Source: Podarcis melisellensis
Lineage: Eukaryota
Assembly (NCBI GenBank): GCA_964234715.1
Contig: OZ174277.1
DNA length: 64,000 nt
Direction: 5' to 3' (one strand)
Made by a program: the position numbers and the translations under genes. The notes below the pieces were generated by a model, which searched no databases, was not told the DNA's origin, and was given only the letters and a program-made list of their open reading frames with translations. This document shows positions 1-12,847 of the stretch, one piece after another; the first letter of the stretch is position 1, and every line of letters starts with the position of its first letter.

Positions 1-243
1 AGGACTGAATTGTCATGTAAATGAGGCCAATGGGTGCTAAATCTAGCTAAGTCTCAGCCTTTGTTTTAAATAAAAACAAAGAAAAAACAAACACATGCTG
101 GGCACAGATCAGAACTACTATTAACCAAGCTGTACTTGTCTGAACAAGTAGCAGCAGCTGTAGAGGTGACTTTGCACAATCAGATGTTATGACTCCCACA
201 GACCTTGCAGTTGAACCTGGCAAATAAACTTTGAGTACTTTCT

Positions 244-560
244 GTAAGAACAGTCCTGCTGGATCAGACCAAAGGCCCATCTAGTGCAGCATCCTGTCCT
301 CACAGTGGTCACCTGAAAGCAGAACCTGAGTGTAACAGCATTCTGAGCGCATTCACACCACTTGCCTTTCTTCGCAACTGGTATTTGGAGGCATGCTGCC
401 TTCAACATGGAAGGTACTGCCCAGCCACCATGGCTAGTAGCTGTTGATAGCCTTATCCTCCATGAATATATTTAATCTTCTTTTAATGCAAGTTGGTGGC
501 CAACACTACATCCTACAAATAAACTATGCACAGTGGGAAGTGACTCCTTTTGTCTGTCCT
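244..560 (-). mobile_element. CR1 LINE 3' end fragment (degraded)
   Basis: taagaacagtcctgctggatcagaccaaaggcccatctag is the reverse complement of the typical reptile CR1 3' terminus; related copies at ~15330-15760, ~30350, ~42110, ~50960. Boundaries approximate. Confidence 0.65.
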
Positions 561-752
561 GAATGTTCCAAAATCTGTCCAAGTTAAGTGGTTCCCAACT
601 GTACATATGTGACTATATAGGTATGACACACCAATCAACTGCTACTGTGCTATAAAAATAGGCTAAAGACAAGGCCAGGTGCAGCTTTTCTGGTTTGAGT
701 GCCTCACGAGCTGCTGTTATTATTGTTATTGTTATTTACTTGTACCCTACCC

Positions 753-1446
753 CAGTGTTTCCCAAACGTTTTTGGGCAACGGCACACCTGTTTACTGAAA
801 AAAAATCTCGCGGCACACCACCATTAAAGCCCCGCCCCGTGACGTCAGCGCGCAGCGTCACGCCGGGAGGGACGCACAAAAGTGAAAGTTTTTTCCCTCC
901 CCCTTGCTGGGAAACCTCCAAGCTTTGGGGGTGGGAGGAGGCAGCAGAGCGAGGGACTGAGGGACGGCGGCAACTGAGGCGGCGGCGGCTGAGGCAGAGC
1001 TGGGAAGGGGGTTTCCAGGGGACACGGCAGCTCCTCGAAAGGCTTCTCTCAGCTGCGCTCAATCCGCCTCGGAGAGGATTTCCCCTCCGGTCCCATGCGT
1101 TTGTTTGGGGCATCGCTCCGGCTGCTCCCTCTCCCGCCGCGCAGGAGCGATGCCTCTCTCTGGCTCTCCCTCCGCGCAGGCTGAGGGAGGGAGGGAGGGG
1201 CGCGTGTGACCCGTCTCTGCTGGGAGACCAAACCCAGCGAGGCAGAGTCGCGCGGAGGCGCCCAGGCAGCGCTGCCGGCTGCGAGGAGGAGCGCCAGGCA
1301 GCAGCAGGAGGCGCGGCCTCTCCTCGCCGCCGCCGCCCCGCCTCTCGCCGCCCGACTCGCCCGCCTCCCTCCAGGCATCTCGCGGCACACGAGGCAACGT
1401 CTCACGGCACACTCGTGTGCCGCGGAACACCGGTTGGGAAACACTG
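753..1446. mobile_element. Non-autonomous hAT-type DNA transposon (694 bp), GC/CpG-rich
   Basis: TIRs cagtgtttcccaa / ttgggaaacactg; perfect 8-bp TSD ccctaccc at 745-752 and 1447-1454; subterminal CGGCACAC repeats at both ends. Confidence 0.9.
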
Positions 1447-2461
1447 CCCTACCCATCTACGTAACTGGGTTGCCACAGCCACTCTGAGCAGTTTCCAACA
1501 GAATATAAAAAGCACAATGAAACATCAGATATTAAAAACTTCATGATACAGGGCTATTCATTACTATTAGAGTTAATATATCTTAGCTTTCTGAAAACTG
1601 GAGTCACCAAATTTTCTTTATGTGCAGTTGTTTGTCAACTTTATTAGGCCCCCCTCTCTCTCAAAAAAAAAGTTTAGCAAGCATATAATTTATGTTTCTT
1701 CCTTTATATTGGTTCCAGCAATTTTTTTAGTTTTAAGTTTCTTTAAAACTTTTAGTACTCAAATTATTTTCTTGAAACAATTCCTACCCCTTCTTAGGGA
1801 AATGTAATTACAGAAATGTTCCTTTGATCTCTAGGGGCCTAAGATATAAAGTTAATATGAAAATGGTTTATATATTTTTGTACCAGGTATTTGCCTGGAA
1901 ATAAAGAGTTGTTATGCTTTCAGCAGAATAAACTAATTGCCTTTTCTGCATTAGGCAGAGAAGTGTCCAACAGGTTTTCAATTATAAATCATCTTGTAGA
2001 AGCCTTGCTGTGTGGGAGTGTTATCTATTAAAGCCTACAGAACTTTTGTTCAGCCCATACAAATAGGTCAAAGTTACTTTCACAGAAGATAACATTCCCT
2101 AAATTGTTATTAGTCATCCATTAAAGCCTATCTCAGTATTGGCGTCTTTAAAATCTGAGTTGTATAAAAAATTTAGAATTGTGACATGTTGAGGCTTAGA
2201 TTAATGTATTTAATACAATTGTAGTTCTGTTACATACAATTATGTTTCATTTTAATGTGTATTTCTTACGAAAGTTAATTGCATCTTTTTAAAAAGTAAG
2301 CAGTCTTTTTAATATTCAGTTTTAAAAGTTGATTGATTCATGAATATTTAAGAAAAAAATCACAATAGTATTATTATGCATTTACCATCCTATAATTAAA
2401 TAGGAACATTATTTTTTTCAACACATAAGCTATTTTATAAGGCTTCTCATTTCTGCTAGTA

Positions 2462-2678
2462 CAGTGGTACTTCGGGTTACAGATGCTTCAGGTTACAGAC
2501 TCCACTAACCCAGAAATTGTACCTTGGGTTAAGAACTTTGCTTCAGGATGAAAACAGAAATCGCACAGCGGCGGCGCAGGAGGCCCCATTAGCTAAAGTG
2601 GTACCTCAGGTTAAGAACAGTTTCAGGTTAAAAATGGACCTCCAGAACGAATTAAGTTCTTAACCAGAGGTACCACTG
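2462..2678. mobile_element. Tc1/mariner (pogo/Tigger-like) MITE
   Basis: TA|cagtggtac ... gtaccactg|TA; closely related copy at 43014-43253. Confidence 0.85.
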
Positions 2679-2989
2679 TATAGCTTCTGGATCTGTCTGA
2701 AGTTCTGTTTCCACCTTGCTCTTGATAGTCAAGTTTCTAATTTATACATAAAAGACATTTGAAATTGAGGAATCCCTATGTGTACTAGTCAGTCTCTCTT
2801 TATGGAATTTAATTCCACCTAAGAAGACATGTGTTTAGAGACATACAGTACAAAAATTTAAAACTGGACATATCTAGAGCACCTGTCCACAGGTCTGGAT
2901 TTTCCTAACCAGCATGCATAACTGAAGCTGAATCCTGAAAACTGAGGGTGTTATGTGTTCCAAGTTCCCATATCCAGAAGATAAGGCAG

Positions 2990-3780
2990 CCTGCCCTGGA
3001 TAAGGTTGCACCCCCTGGGATGTAGCATATCTGCAGCCTAAGGGTGTTCCTTGATTCAGCACTGCCCCAGAGGCTCAGATGGCCTCGGTGGCTAGGATTG
3101 CCTTTTTTCAGCTATGGCTAGTTCACTAGCTACATCCCCTTTTGGACAGAGATGACTCAGCCACTGCACTCTATGTCCTGGTAACTTCCAGAATAGATTA
3201 CTGCAATGTGCTCTACATGCAGCTGCCCTTAAAAGATTACTTGGAAACTTCAGTTGATCCAAAATGCAGCATCCACATTACTGGCTGGGGTTTCATTTAG
3301 ATCTCCTATAGCCCCAGTTCTGAAACAGCTGCACTGGTTAACAGTTCCTTTCCAGCCCAATCAAGGTACTTACATTAGTGTTTAAAGTTCTAAACATGCA
3401 GGACCTAGATATCTGAAAACTGTCTCATTTCCTACAGATCCTCTTGACTGCTAAGATCAGCAGAGGGGGCACTTTTAGTAGTTCCTCCACCCCTAGAAGC
3501 TTGAGGGATGGTGGACTGGGAGATGGCATTCTTTGTGACAGTCCCCAGGTTGCATCTGGCACCTTTACTATACAACTTCCAACAAATTCTGAAGATGCAG
3601 CTTTCTTAATTCTGGCTTTTGACACTTGACATATACATTTTTAGGATCCACCTTGTTTCTGTGACTGTAGGCTGTTTTGAAATGTTTTAATACAGTATTG
3701 TGTTTTGTTTTGTTTTAAATATTGTGTTTTAATATTGTAACTCTCCTCGGACCTCAGGTTGCAGAAAAGGTAATTAGTAA
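2990..3780 (+). mobile_element. L2 LINE 3' remnant
   Basis: Decayed ORF2 reads LVTSRIDYCNVLYMQLPLK at ~3178-3234, a typical L2 C-terminal motif; T-rich tail. Boundaries approximate. Confidence 0.75.
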
Positions 3781-5819
3781 CAACAACAAATTGTTAGAAT
3801 GCAAGTATGTATCGAGTTGCTATTTGCCATCACCTTCACCCTGTAGGCTGTTCCTATTAAAACATTCTCAAAAAACAAAAAGTTTATGTACTTCATTCAC
3901 ACAGATATTGTCAAATTGAGTGAAAATAATATTAGAAGTATAGTTTCAAATGACATAAATAATTTAGAAAATACATTGATACATATTTCTTCTCAGTAAT
4001 GCTCCATTCCTCCTTCCGTTTGAGATATGGTAGCTGTTTCAGCCTGGGGAGCTGGGAAAGAGATCCTGTGACGTGGAACAGCTACATCATGTCCAAAAAA
4101 CTGTGCTCATTTTAAATTGTTTTTTAATAGTTGCTGTATCTTGCCTCTTCACATGCCTTTAATAGTTGTATCGAACACTCCATGCTCGTGTATCTAAGGC
4201 ACTGAAGAAGAAAGGACCTAGAAACAACTACTCGGGATAACTAGCTAACCTGTAAGATGACTCCTTGGGAATGTAGGAGCTAATGAGGGATTGGCTCATA
4301 CCACATTTGTTCAATCTATTTATTTAGTTTTCTGTAGTTTAGATCTTAAACACAGAGTTCACTTCTGATTTATTAGAAAAATCAAAACACCTCTCCCCAG
4401 TGCTTTGTAAAAAAGAACGTTATTGAAGTAAGCACTTGACAAATGCATTTGGATGCAGTGGCAGAAGCACAGCCTCAGTGGAAGCACCATTTATGTGAAA
4501 GAGGATCTTTTGGTTCCCTTGCACCAAGCAGTCTGCTTTTAGCTTTCACAAGAATGAAACAAGGCCTCTCCAATGCTGTTGGAGGCAATGTCAGCTGACA
4601 AAGTGAACCATTCCAATCTCTCCTACCCTATAGCCTGCTAACATGATTACACATTTTATATAGTTACTCTCAAAATAAAGGTTCAATGTAACACAAGAGT
4701 TGTTTGCTTTTTCAAGCGTACTATGACTAAAGATGACTTTAGAATTCTAGCAATAGATGTCCATGAATCAATGCTATGTCCCAGCCTTCTCCAGCTGGAT
4801 TCCCTCCTGATGTTTTAGATCATAACACCCAACATCCCTAACCATTTTCCATGGGTCCCAAACATTTGATGAGTATGAGATTGGGGGAGATTATTATAAC
4901 CCATCACCACCATTGCAGCAGCAGCCAAAAACTATCTTCTAAGCTTACAAAAGAGGCCCAAATGCTGACAGTTTCAGAACTTGACCTCTAAAAGATTTCC
5001 TACCCCATGGGTACTAGATAGAATTCCTATTCCAAATATTCCAAAAAGAGAAAACGTGTCTGCTGCATAGTATTATTTGTCATATGAAATATTAGCTATA
5101 AACAGAATACGGATGTATAGAATGGAATTGTGACTTTTTATTCTTAATTGGTCTGTTTCCAAAACCAGTTTCAACTACAGTTTGTTGAAAGCTTGATTTT
5201 TTTAAAAAAAGTAACTCTTTGAATGCAGCTAAATATCTGAATACATATGCCCCTGTGTAGTATCATAAAATCAATTGTGCTTATGTTGTTGCTTTTAATG
5301 TATGCAAGATGGAAAAAAGCTTCTTAAGTGATTCACTTCAAAGTATGACAACCATCAGCATGTGAATCTGAGACTAAGTAGTCATATGAAATTTAAATAA
5401 CATGCTTGTACTTATTAACAAATTAAATTAAACCTACACATAGTTGCATCATTTGCTGCTGCTTCGGGCTTGATTCTTCAAGGCAGAAAAAATGTCTTCT
5501 AAAGTTCAAAATATAATACAGCATCAAATATTTCTCTCTTTTGAGGCTACAGACTAATGCTCTTGGTTGAAACCTTAAACTACCACCACTATTTCCCTTT
5601 TTCCTGCAACCTAACTACACCACAAACACAGTTTGCATGATAGGATCTGGTCAGAAAGTAGAACTGATTTGTACTGTTCCTTATTGGTCAGAGATGGGGT
5701 TCAGATAGACAGGAATACCTTCTATCATTTTGTTAGACAGGAAATAGGGAGGGGTAAGAAAGCAGCACTGGTTTTCAATTAAATGACTTTGATACATGTA
5801 CCCAGGTGAGCTCTTTGAG

Positions 5820-5958
5820 CAGACTTTCTCAATCTGTGGGTCCCCAGATGTTGTTGAACTACAACTCCCATCACCCCTAGCTAGCAAGGCCAGAGCTCAG
5901 GGATGATGGGAGTTGTAGTCCAACAACATCTGGGGACCCACAGGTTGAGAACCACTGC
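5820..5958. mobile_element. Palindromic hAT-type MITE (actacaactcccatc family)
   Basis: Near-perfect fold-back: gtccccagatgttgttgaactacaactcccatca / tgatgggagttgtagtccaacaacatctggggac. Confidence 0.8.
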
Positions 5959-7299
5959 GGGAGTCTGCCTTTCTATGTGTGGATAAATGATAAGATATGC
6001 ACGATATAAATGTGATAAAGGGTCTTTTAGTTATTCTTTCACTCTTCTTTTTTCTCTGTACAGTTGTGTTTTGTATTTTCTTATAAATTAGTTTGAATTT
6101 TATTGTTTAATGTTAAAAAACTTTCATATACATTGATCATCCTTTAACAATTCCTCCCCCTTGCCATGGCAAGTGATACATTGCTCTCTGGCAAGAGTGA
6201 GAAGCAGAAACCCACCTGCTTCCTTCCTGGTTAAGTTGAGAGGAGCAAAGACATCCCTCTCTTGTGTTGGGATATGGGGAAGATTGTCACCCACCTCTCC
6301 AGCTCCACATTCGGAGCTGGCTGTTTGCACAGTGGGTGGTCTAAGAAGTGTCTGTCCACCACTGCAAAATGAGCCTCAGCCTTTCCCTCCAGCTGCATTT
6401 GGAAAAGGCTGGAGACAGGTGGTTGACAGCTGTGGCACTCCCGTGTATCTCCTCCATCCAGTCAAGTCCCAGCCTTGAAAAGTGAAAAGTAGTGACACTT
6501 TGAGCTACACTTCCACCCACTGCATAAATAAGCCCCAGCTTTTTGCTCTACAGAGAAAGTCTGGGACTTGTTTGGGTAGCAAGGGTGTTGATGCAGCTAC
6601 CTAGACCTTGCTCCCCCTTTCCCAGCCCCAAACCTAGAATTAGAAACAGTGGTGGTATGATTCCAGCAATTACACTGGGCTTCTGAGGTCCTCTGATGCC
6701 GTACATAATTCCTGGGAATCACCTACCTCTTCCACAGCTCCAAATTTGGACCTATAGAAGAGGAGCAAGGGATTGTTCAACTTCAGGCAGAGATGCAGTC
6801 CAGGTAAGGGATCAACAGCCCAAGCCTATGCATGTATATTCAAAACAACATGCCACTGTGTTTATAAGAGGTTTACTCCCAAGCATACTGAACACAAGAG
6901 TAAATGTGCACAGGATTGCAATGAAGGGGAGAGACAACGTCCTGGCAACCAGAAACAGGGCGTTGCATTTGACTAATACACAGAGTCATTGAAATCCTTG
7001 GACTGAAAATTTATCAAGACAAACTCACCTTCATTCATTTGAATGGTGCAATTGTGTGCAGTTACCTGGCAATAAGCCCCGTTCAACAGAGGTCTTTGTA
7101 TCCTTAACCCCCACCCCATTGCCCATCTGTCACCCCTTTCAGATGCCACCAACACACCCTACACTTGTGTTCTCAGAGGAGGCACATGCGACTTCCGTGG
7201 AAGTTGCCTCCCGGTATGCGCGGGTTGCCTTTATTTATAGTAAACTGTTAACTTAGAGCAAACGTTTCTGAACCGAGCAAGGGCAAGGTCACGTCCTCC

Positions 7300-8290
7300 G
7301 CATGGGATGGGAGAAGAAAATCGAAAGGGGTTTAGGGAAAGGACAAGCGGACAAGGCGGGTGGCCGAAGGGCGGCTCCGAGGGCAACTCACCTTCTTGGT
7401 CGTAGACGGTGACATAGGAGATGCCCACCGCCATGCACCACACCACCAGGCTGGCCATGTCCGCGTAGCTCTGCTCCTCCTCGACCACCACCAGCCCGAC
7501 GTGGCCCGGCAGCTTCTGCAGAGACTTCCCGTCCTTGCGCCACCGGCCGCCGCCTCCTCCTCCGACCACCTTCCGCCCTGCCGCCGCCGGCCTGTGGTAG
7601 GCGAAAGCCCCCGTGCCCACCGCCGCCGGGGCCAGGAGAGCCCGCGAGGCGACGGCGGCCGCGGCCGAAGCCGCGCGCCGCCGCCAACGGCTGGGCCACG
7701 AGCCGCGACCTCCGAACCAGCCTCGGAACCAGGCGAAGAGCGCGCGCTGGACGTGGAGGAGGAGGTGCAGCAGGCGCCACAGCAGCTCGTGCGCGACGCT
7801 CATTGGTCTGGGCGGAGGACGGCGCGAGGGAACCGGACGCGGGAAAAGGAGAGGCGGCGGCGGCGGAAGAGGCGGCGGCGGCGGCGGCTGCTGCTGTCGC
7901 GAGGGAGGCTCAGCCGCAGTGCGAGGCGCAAACCATCTCGCCTTCCTTTCCCTCACGGACACGGTTTTATCTGCCCGGCAACCTCCGTTAGCGCCGCCAT
8001 CTCCATACCTGCCCTGACCTTTTCCCTCTTGCCTACGCACGAGCCGCCCATTGGCCGAGGCGATGCCGCCGAGGGCCATTTCCGGGTTGGTGGAGCGAAT
8101 GACGTGGCCCCCTAAAGGAAAGGGCGGCGTCTCCGAGCTGAATTCCAAGATGAACGGGAAGGCGAGTTCTCCGCCACCTACGGCGGCGGCCCTCGGATTC
8201 AGCACGTGTTTTCCTCATGCACAGCGACATCTAGCGGCGGGAGTGTGCGCCGGCTGCTGATAGTCGCGCTGCTTGGGTTGGAGAGCGCTG
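7300..8290 (-). promoter_or_regulatory. NUS1: NUS1 CpG island promoter
   Basis: Very GC/CpG-rich; YY1-like GCCGCCATCT 7993-8002, CCAAT (ATTGG) ~8050, ETS ATTTCCGG 8078-8085, TGACGTGG 8100-8107, E-box CACGTG 8203-8208, CTCF-like 8222-8238. Confidence 0.8.
7392..7803 (-). CDS. NUS1: NUS1 (Nogo-B receptor / dehydrodolichyl diphosphate synthase complex subunit), coding exon 1
   Basis: MSVAHELLWRLLHLLLHVQRAL...WRKDGKSLQKLPGHVGLVVVEEEQSYADMASLVVWCMAVGISYVTVYDQEG matches the NgBR N-terminal half; ATG at 7803-7801, donor G|GTGAGT after 7392 (412 nt, phase 1); synteny with NEPN/GOPC/DCBLD1. Confidence 0.95.
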
Positions 8291-9116
8291 CCTGACTTTG
8301 CCTTTTTCACTCTTTTAGTTTGCTCATTTTCGGTCACTGACTCTGCATAAGAGGCCACCGTACGCAAGTTTCATCATCCGTTAATACAATATATACTTTT
8401 CCTGTGACCAAACAAACGAAGATGCACTGGAGGAACGACCATACGTTTAGTCAATTTTATTGGTGCACTACTAATTTTCATTTATTCGCATTCTTGTTTT
8501 TCCCATGACACCTCATATTTAATGCACAACGAAGTGGGTTCTAACAAAGCACTTTGTGATTTCAAAACACTACCACCCTGCCTACCCACACTCTCAAATA
8601 CGAATATCTTGTTTATACAATTAATTGCTATAGCCAACATTAGTGTTTTATGAAGTGGCACTTGAATTACAACACAACAAAAGCAGAACACACACCCTGG
8701 ACATTTGCTGTATGAAAAGTTACAGGATTTTAGCAGGAAGCTATGGTACATGCACTGATCAGAAACGAAACAGGTCGGTTCACCCCAAACTTTTTGCATG
8801 TGCAAACAGTACTGAAACCAGATTTGTGTATAGCCACCCCAATACCATCATTAGGGTCCCACTGAAGTGTTGTCTACTCTAAACAACATTAATACAGCAC
8901 TAGATTTGTCTCATTTCCATTCCAAACATTTGGAAACAGGAAGAATGTAACAGCCCAGCCTTTCCAGGTCAATCCTGGGTACAGCTAATGATTTCAATAG
9001 GTTTAGAAGCTGCTGACTACATACAATTTTGTAGATCAAAATGAAAAAATGTCAGGGATAGATTGCTCTGGAGGACCGAATTAATCTTGAGTTCGCAATT
9101 TACTGGGGACTTCTGT

Positions 9117-9561
9117 TTAATATATTTCATAATCATAATAATCATCCATGTTTACTCTGAGACTGGAGGGATTATCAACGCTTGTGTTCTTTCCTATTTC
9201 TTCTTCTTCTAATGAATACAGATTGTTGTGTGCACACAAATGCAGAACCTTTCTTGAAGACATCCAGCTTTCACCCTGGCTTTCTGCTGGTGCTTTACAT
9301 TGTCCTCCTTTAACATCTATGCCTTTAGCTGTGAGCACCCTTCTGGTTTTGAGGAATTCACAAGTGCAATTCCATGGGTTGCTGTCCAGATATAGGTATC
9401 TGAGTCGAGGTAAATATTTCCAGAAACTGTGATCTATGGTGGATATATTGTTGTTCCGTAGGTTTAAGACCTGCAGGTGCCTTAAATTCTTCAGTTCCTG
9501 CTCCTTAATTATTTGTATGCTGTTTCCTTTCAGATCCAGTCTGGCTAGTGTACTTGGGAGT
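9117..9561 (-). CDS. NEPN: Nephrocan, coding exon 3 (last LRRs, LRRCT, acidic/Tyr tail, stop)
   Basis: Acceptor ttacttcag|A at 9561; (R)LPSTLARLDLKGNSI...NPWNCTCEF...DDYYDYEIY*; 445 nt, phase matches exon 2. Confidence 0.92.
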
Positions 9562-9904
9562 CTGAAGTAAAGAAAGAAACATTGTTTTATGTAGTAGCTT
9601 AAAGCAAGAAGCCTGTCATTAGGATGAGAAATAATGCCTTGCCTGAAGGCCACCCAGTTAGCCTTATAGTAGAAAAGTGATTTGAAACCAATTTCTTGCA
9701 CATAAACCAGACAAGGGAGTAATTTGAGCAAGGACTTATCTTTGGAATACAGTGGTTTAGACTAAATTGGTTTCCTGGGAGGCATGAGTCCTGGCGCCTG
9801 TGTTTAGAAATCAGATTCTGGACTCAAAAATCTGGCCACCGCACTGAAATAAGTGGCATGTATGCTGTTTGCACATCGATCTGTTCTGAAGCAATATCAA
9901 TCTC

Positions 9905-10130
9905 TATTCATTATTTGTTAGATTGATATCCCACCATTTCGCCATTCAGCTCAAGGCAGCATGCACAGTCACGCCTCCCCATTTTATCCTGGCAACAGGC
10001 CTGTGAGGTAGGTTAAGCTGAGAAACAGTGAGTTGCCTAGAGTTCTCCAGTGAATTTCATGGCCGAGTGGGGATTTGAACTGGTGTTTCCACAGTTCTCA
10101 GCTGACTCTATCATTATGCCACACTGGCTT
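9905..10130 (-). mobile_element. MIR/CORE-like tRNA SINE in NEPN intron 2
   Basis: ccccattttatcctggcaacaggcctgtgaggtaggtt...gagtggggatttgaac (B-box on minus strand); similar copy ~34720-34890. Confidence 0.6.
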
Positions 10131-10227
10131 TAACTTATCCCAGTTATTTAAGTAATTTGCATTGGCACACCTAGTTTTCTTACAGTTGTTGCAGGTGTGA
10201 AAAGGGGAGCCCAATCCAGTCACATAC

Positions 10228-11129
10228 CTTAATGGAATAGAACTAAGTAGATTTTGTTCAAGTGCCAGATTAGACAGTTGCGTGCAGTTCTGAAGTGCCC
10301 CATCTTCAAATGTGGCAACAACATTGTTGTCAAGGAACAAGTGCTTTAGGCTGTGTAGTTCCTTGAAATCTTGCGCCTTTATTCTCTCAATCAGGTTATT
10401 GCTGCATTCAAATTTCTGTAGCGTGACTGGTAATCTGGATGGGATTATCTGGAGCTTATTCCCAGACAGCTCCAGTCTAGTTAAACTGGAAAGAAACTCC
10501 GCACCCTCAAGTGATGAAAGCTGATTTTCAGACAGGAAAAGCTCTGACAAGTTTGCCATTTGCCTCATATCTCCAAATTTTAGCATTTTGAGCTGGTTTC
10601 TCTCTAACTTCAATGTCAATAAAGATGCAGGCAGATCTGAAGGGGTGCTTGTCAGTAAATTGCCATTTAAGTTGAGAAATAGCAAATTGCAAAGAGATAT
10701 AAAAAATCCTCCTGAGAAAGATTGCAGCTTATTGTTTTCCATGCTAAGATACTTTAGGTTGGGTAGGTAGAAGGTTCCAGACACATATTCCATATTATTT
10801 CCATCCAAAGTCAAACTTTGTAAGCTGCTGAGGGAGGAGAGAGTACTAAAAGAAAGAGCCAAAATTACATTGCTTTGTATTTCAAATACCCTTAATTTTT
10901 GTAAACCTTCAAAATTAGATTCATGTACAACACTTATTAAATTGTCCCCCAGCTTCAGTACTTCAAGGCTTCCTGGAAGCAAGGTAGGTATGTGCCTTAG
11001 TTTATTTTTCCGAAGTTCCAAGGTCCTCAATGCATCCAGAGCTTTGAAAGTGTTATTCTCCACTGATTCTGTCCCACTCCAGGTCAGGACAAATTCTTCA
11101 AGGGCAGACATGCTGCTGATGTCAGTGAT
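10228..11129 (-). CDS. NEPN: Nephrocan, coding exon 2 (LRR array)
   Basis: Acceptor ttgtcctttag|ATC; ITDISSMSALEEF...LEQNLLSSIPL(R); repeated LxxLxLxxNxL; donor AG|GTATGT; 902 nt. Confidence 0.93.
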
Positions 11130-11420
11130 CTAAAGGACAAAAGCCACAACAAAATTATTTCTGGCCAAACTAATTCAGAGATGGATTTTGTTTCATGGAA
11201 TGGTCACAAATCATCATTCAAATAAATGGGAGTTATGCAAGAACAATATTATACTGTACGTGAGCATGATTTAATTTTAGCCAAACTAGATTTTGTCCAT
11301 GTTTCATGGCAAGTTGGAGCCCTCTAGAGGCTTGGCATGGAACAAACACTATACTATTCAGATTTACCTGGGAGTAAACCCCACTGAGCTCTAATATTTA
11401 CAGTGTATAGGCTAGCATTG

Positions 11421-11456
11421 TATTATGAATATTATGAATATTATGAATATTATGAA
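11421..11456. repeat. (TATTATGAA)4 tandem repeat in NEPN intron 1
   Basis: Read directly. Confidence 0.9.
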
Positions 11457-12847
11457 AATTAGAATTGCTGAGTTTCCTTCTGGGATACATGTCTTAATTA
11501 GAATGTGCCTTCAGAAACATTAGTATTTCAAATTAAACAAAGCATTTGTTAGTTATAAAACAATATTTCTGTTCATGATTCAGCAGTAAAAAATTAATGA
11601 ACTGAAAAGAATTTTTTAAATAATATAAAGGACGATATCCAATATATGGCAACACTATTCTGATTCTAGAATTGAAGTGTTGTGAGTTGTAGAACCATGG
11701 ATTTTTAAATTACTTAGTTTGGCTTGACTGTGTGTTTTATTTGAAATACTGTATCTTCATACATCAGTTCAGAGATGGTTTCTATTTTTGTAGAGCACAC
11801 ACAAGAAAATGCTATCATCATCTCAGGACATAAATTTTGGCACTTCTTTTAGAAGTTTTAAGAAGAAAGAACAAAACAGCCCTTTGTGCAAAGGTGCTCT
11901 ACAGGTTTTGTGTTACAACTGGCTATCCGGTTAGTAGTTGACAAAATAGTCAATTACCCTGATAAGAACTTCCATTTTTCTTTTCTGGTCATGACATGCA
12001 AATACTATTTTTCTTGCCCATGAAATTGTGATTACACTTTGTACTAATGAGCAAACAAACCTATTTGTGTAAGAACATTTATTGGTCTGTCTAATGTACA
12101 AGAGGTAAAAGTAAATTTTGGCTGTAATAAACAGATCTGTCCACACATATTAGAGCAACATTTGTCAGATGGGGTCAGTTATGGTCAAGGGTGCATTGGG
12201 TGGCAAACCCAAGATTTGCTGCTATGTAATCACCCACAGTTGTGGCTAATACTCTGTGTGTATACAGACCCTCCTAGTATCCCTATTTTCCAGGGATGTC
12301 TCTGATTTAAATAAGTTGTCCTGGTTTCTTATTTGATCCTAGAATGTGCCGCTTTTTCTGCTTATTTGCTTATTAAAACTGTTAAAGGGACAGGAGTAGG
12401 CTGTGCCATTTGGCAACACTGTTGCAGAACTACCAATACCATGCATTGAACTTGTACAGAGGAAAGGCTATTTTTTGCACATGTTCAAATGAAATAAATC
12501 TATTTCTCTCAATGGTAATGGAAAACAGCTGTATAACATCATAAATATTTGAATATTATGGATGATATTTAATATATGACAATACTATTCTGCTGCTAGA
12601 ACTTACCTGCTACAAGTCATATGCGTTATGTTTTGGTCACCTGATTTGCCCAAGCATTTGTGGGTTACTGATAACAACCTCTGATGGATAGTCTGGCTAT
12701 TGTTTGTCTTTTAGTCTGCTTATTTATGTGCTTTTATTTACCTTGTTTTAATTATTATTTTATTAAGTTGTGTTTAACTGTTGTTAAGCCAAACTGGAAG
12801 CTTTATGAAGTACAGTATAAAAATATGCTGTGTGTTTTAATATAGAA

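Noticed and set aside
695-1546. 283-aa ORF and overlapping ORFs on both strands
   Set aside because: They overlap a GC-rich hAT element; low-complexity R/A/P/G composition with no transposase or other domain motif.
5820-5958. Long hairpin resembling a pre-miRNA
   Set aside because: Member of a multi-copy palindromic MITE family (also 12848, 27962, ~63170), one copy with an 8-bp TSD.
7360-8115. Plus-strand 251-aa and 134-aa ORFs antisense to NUS1 exon 1
   Set aside because: Shadow ORFs of GC-rich coding and CpG-island sequence.
7804-8205. In-frame N-terminal extension of NUS1 (324-aa ORF; in-frame ATG at 8079)
   Set aside because: Open frame is expected in a CpG island; homology starts at MSVAHE (7803) and the upstream ATG lies among promoter motifs. 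Only TSS mapping could revive it.
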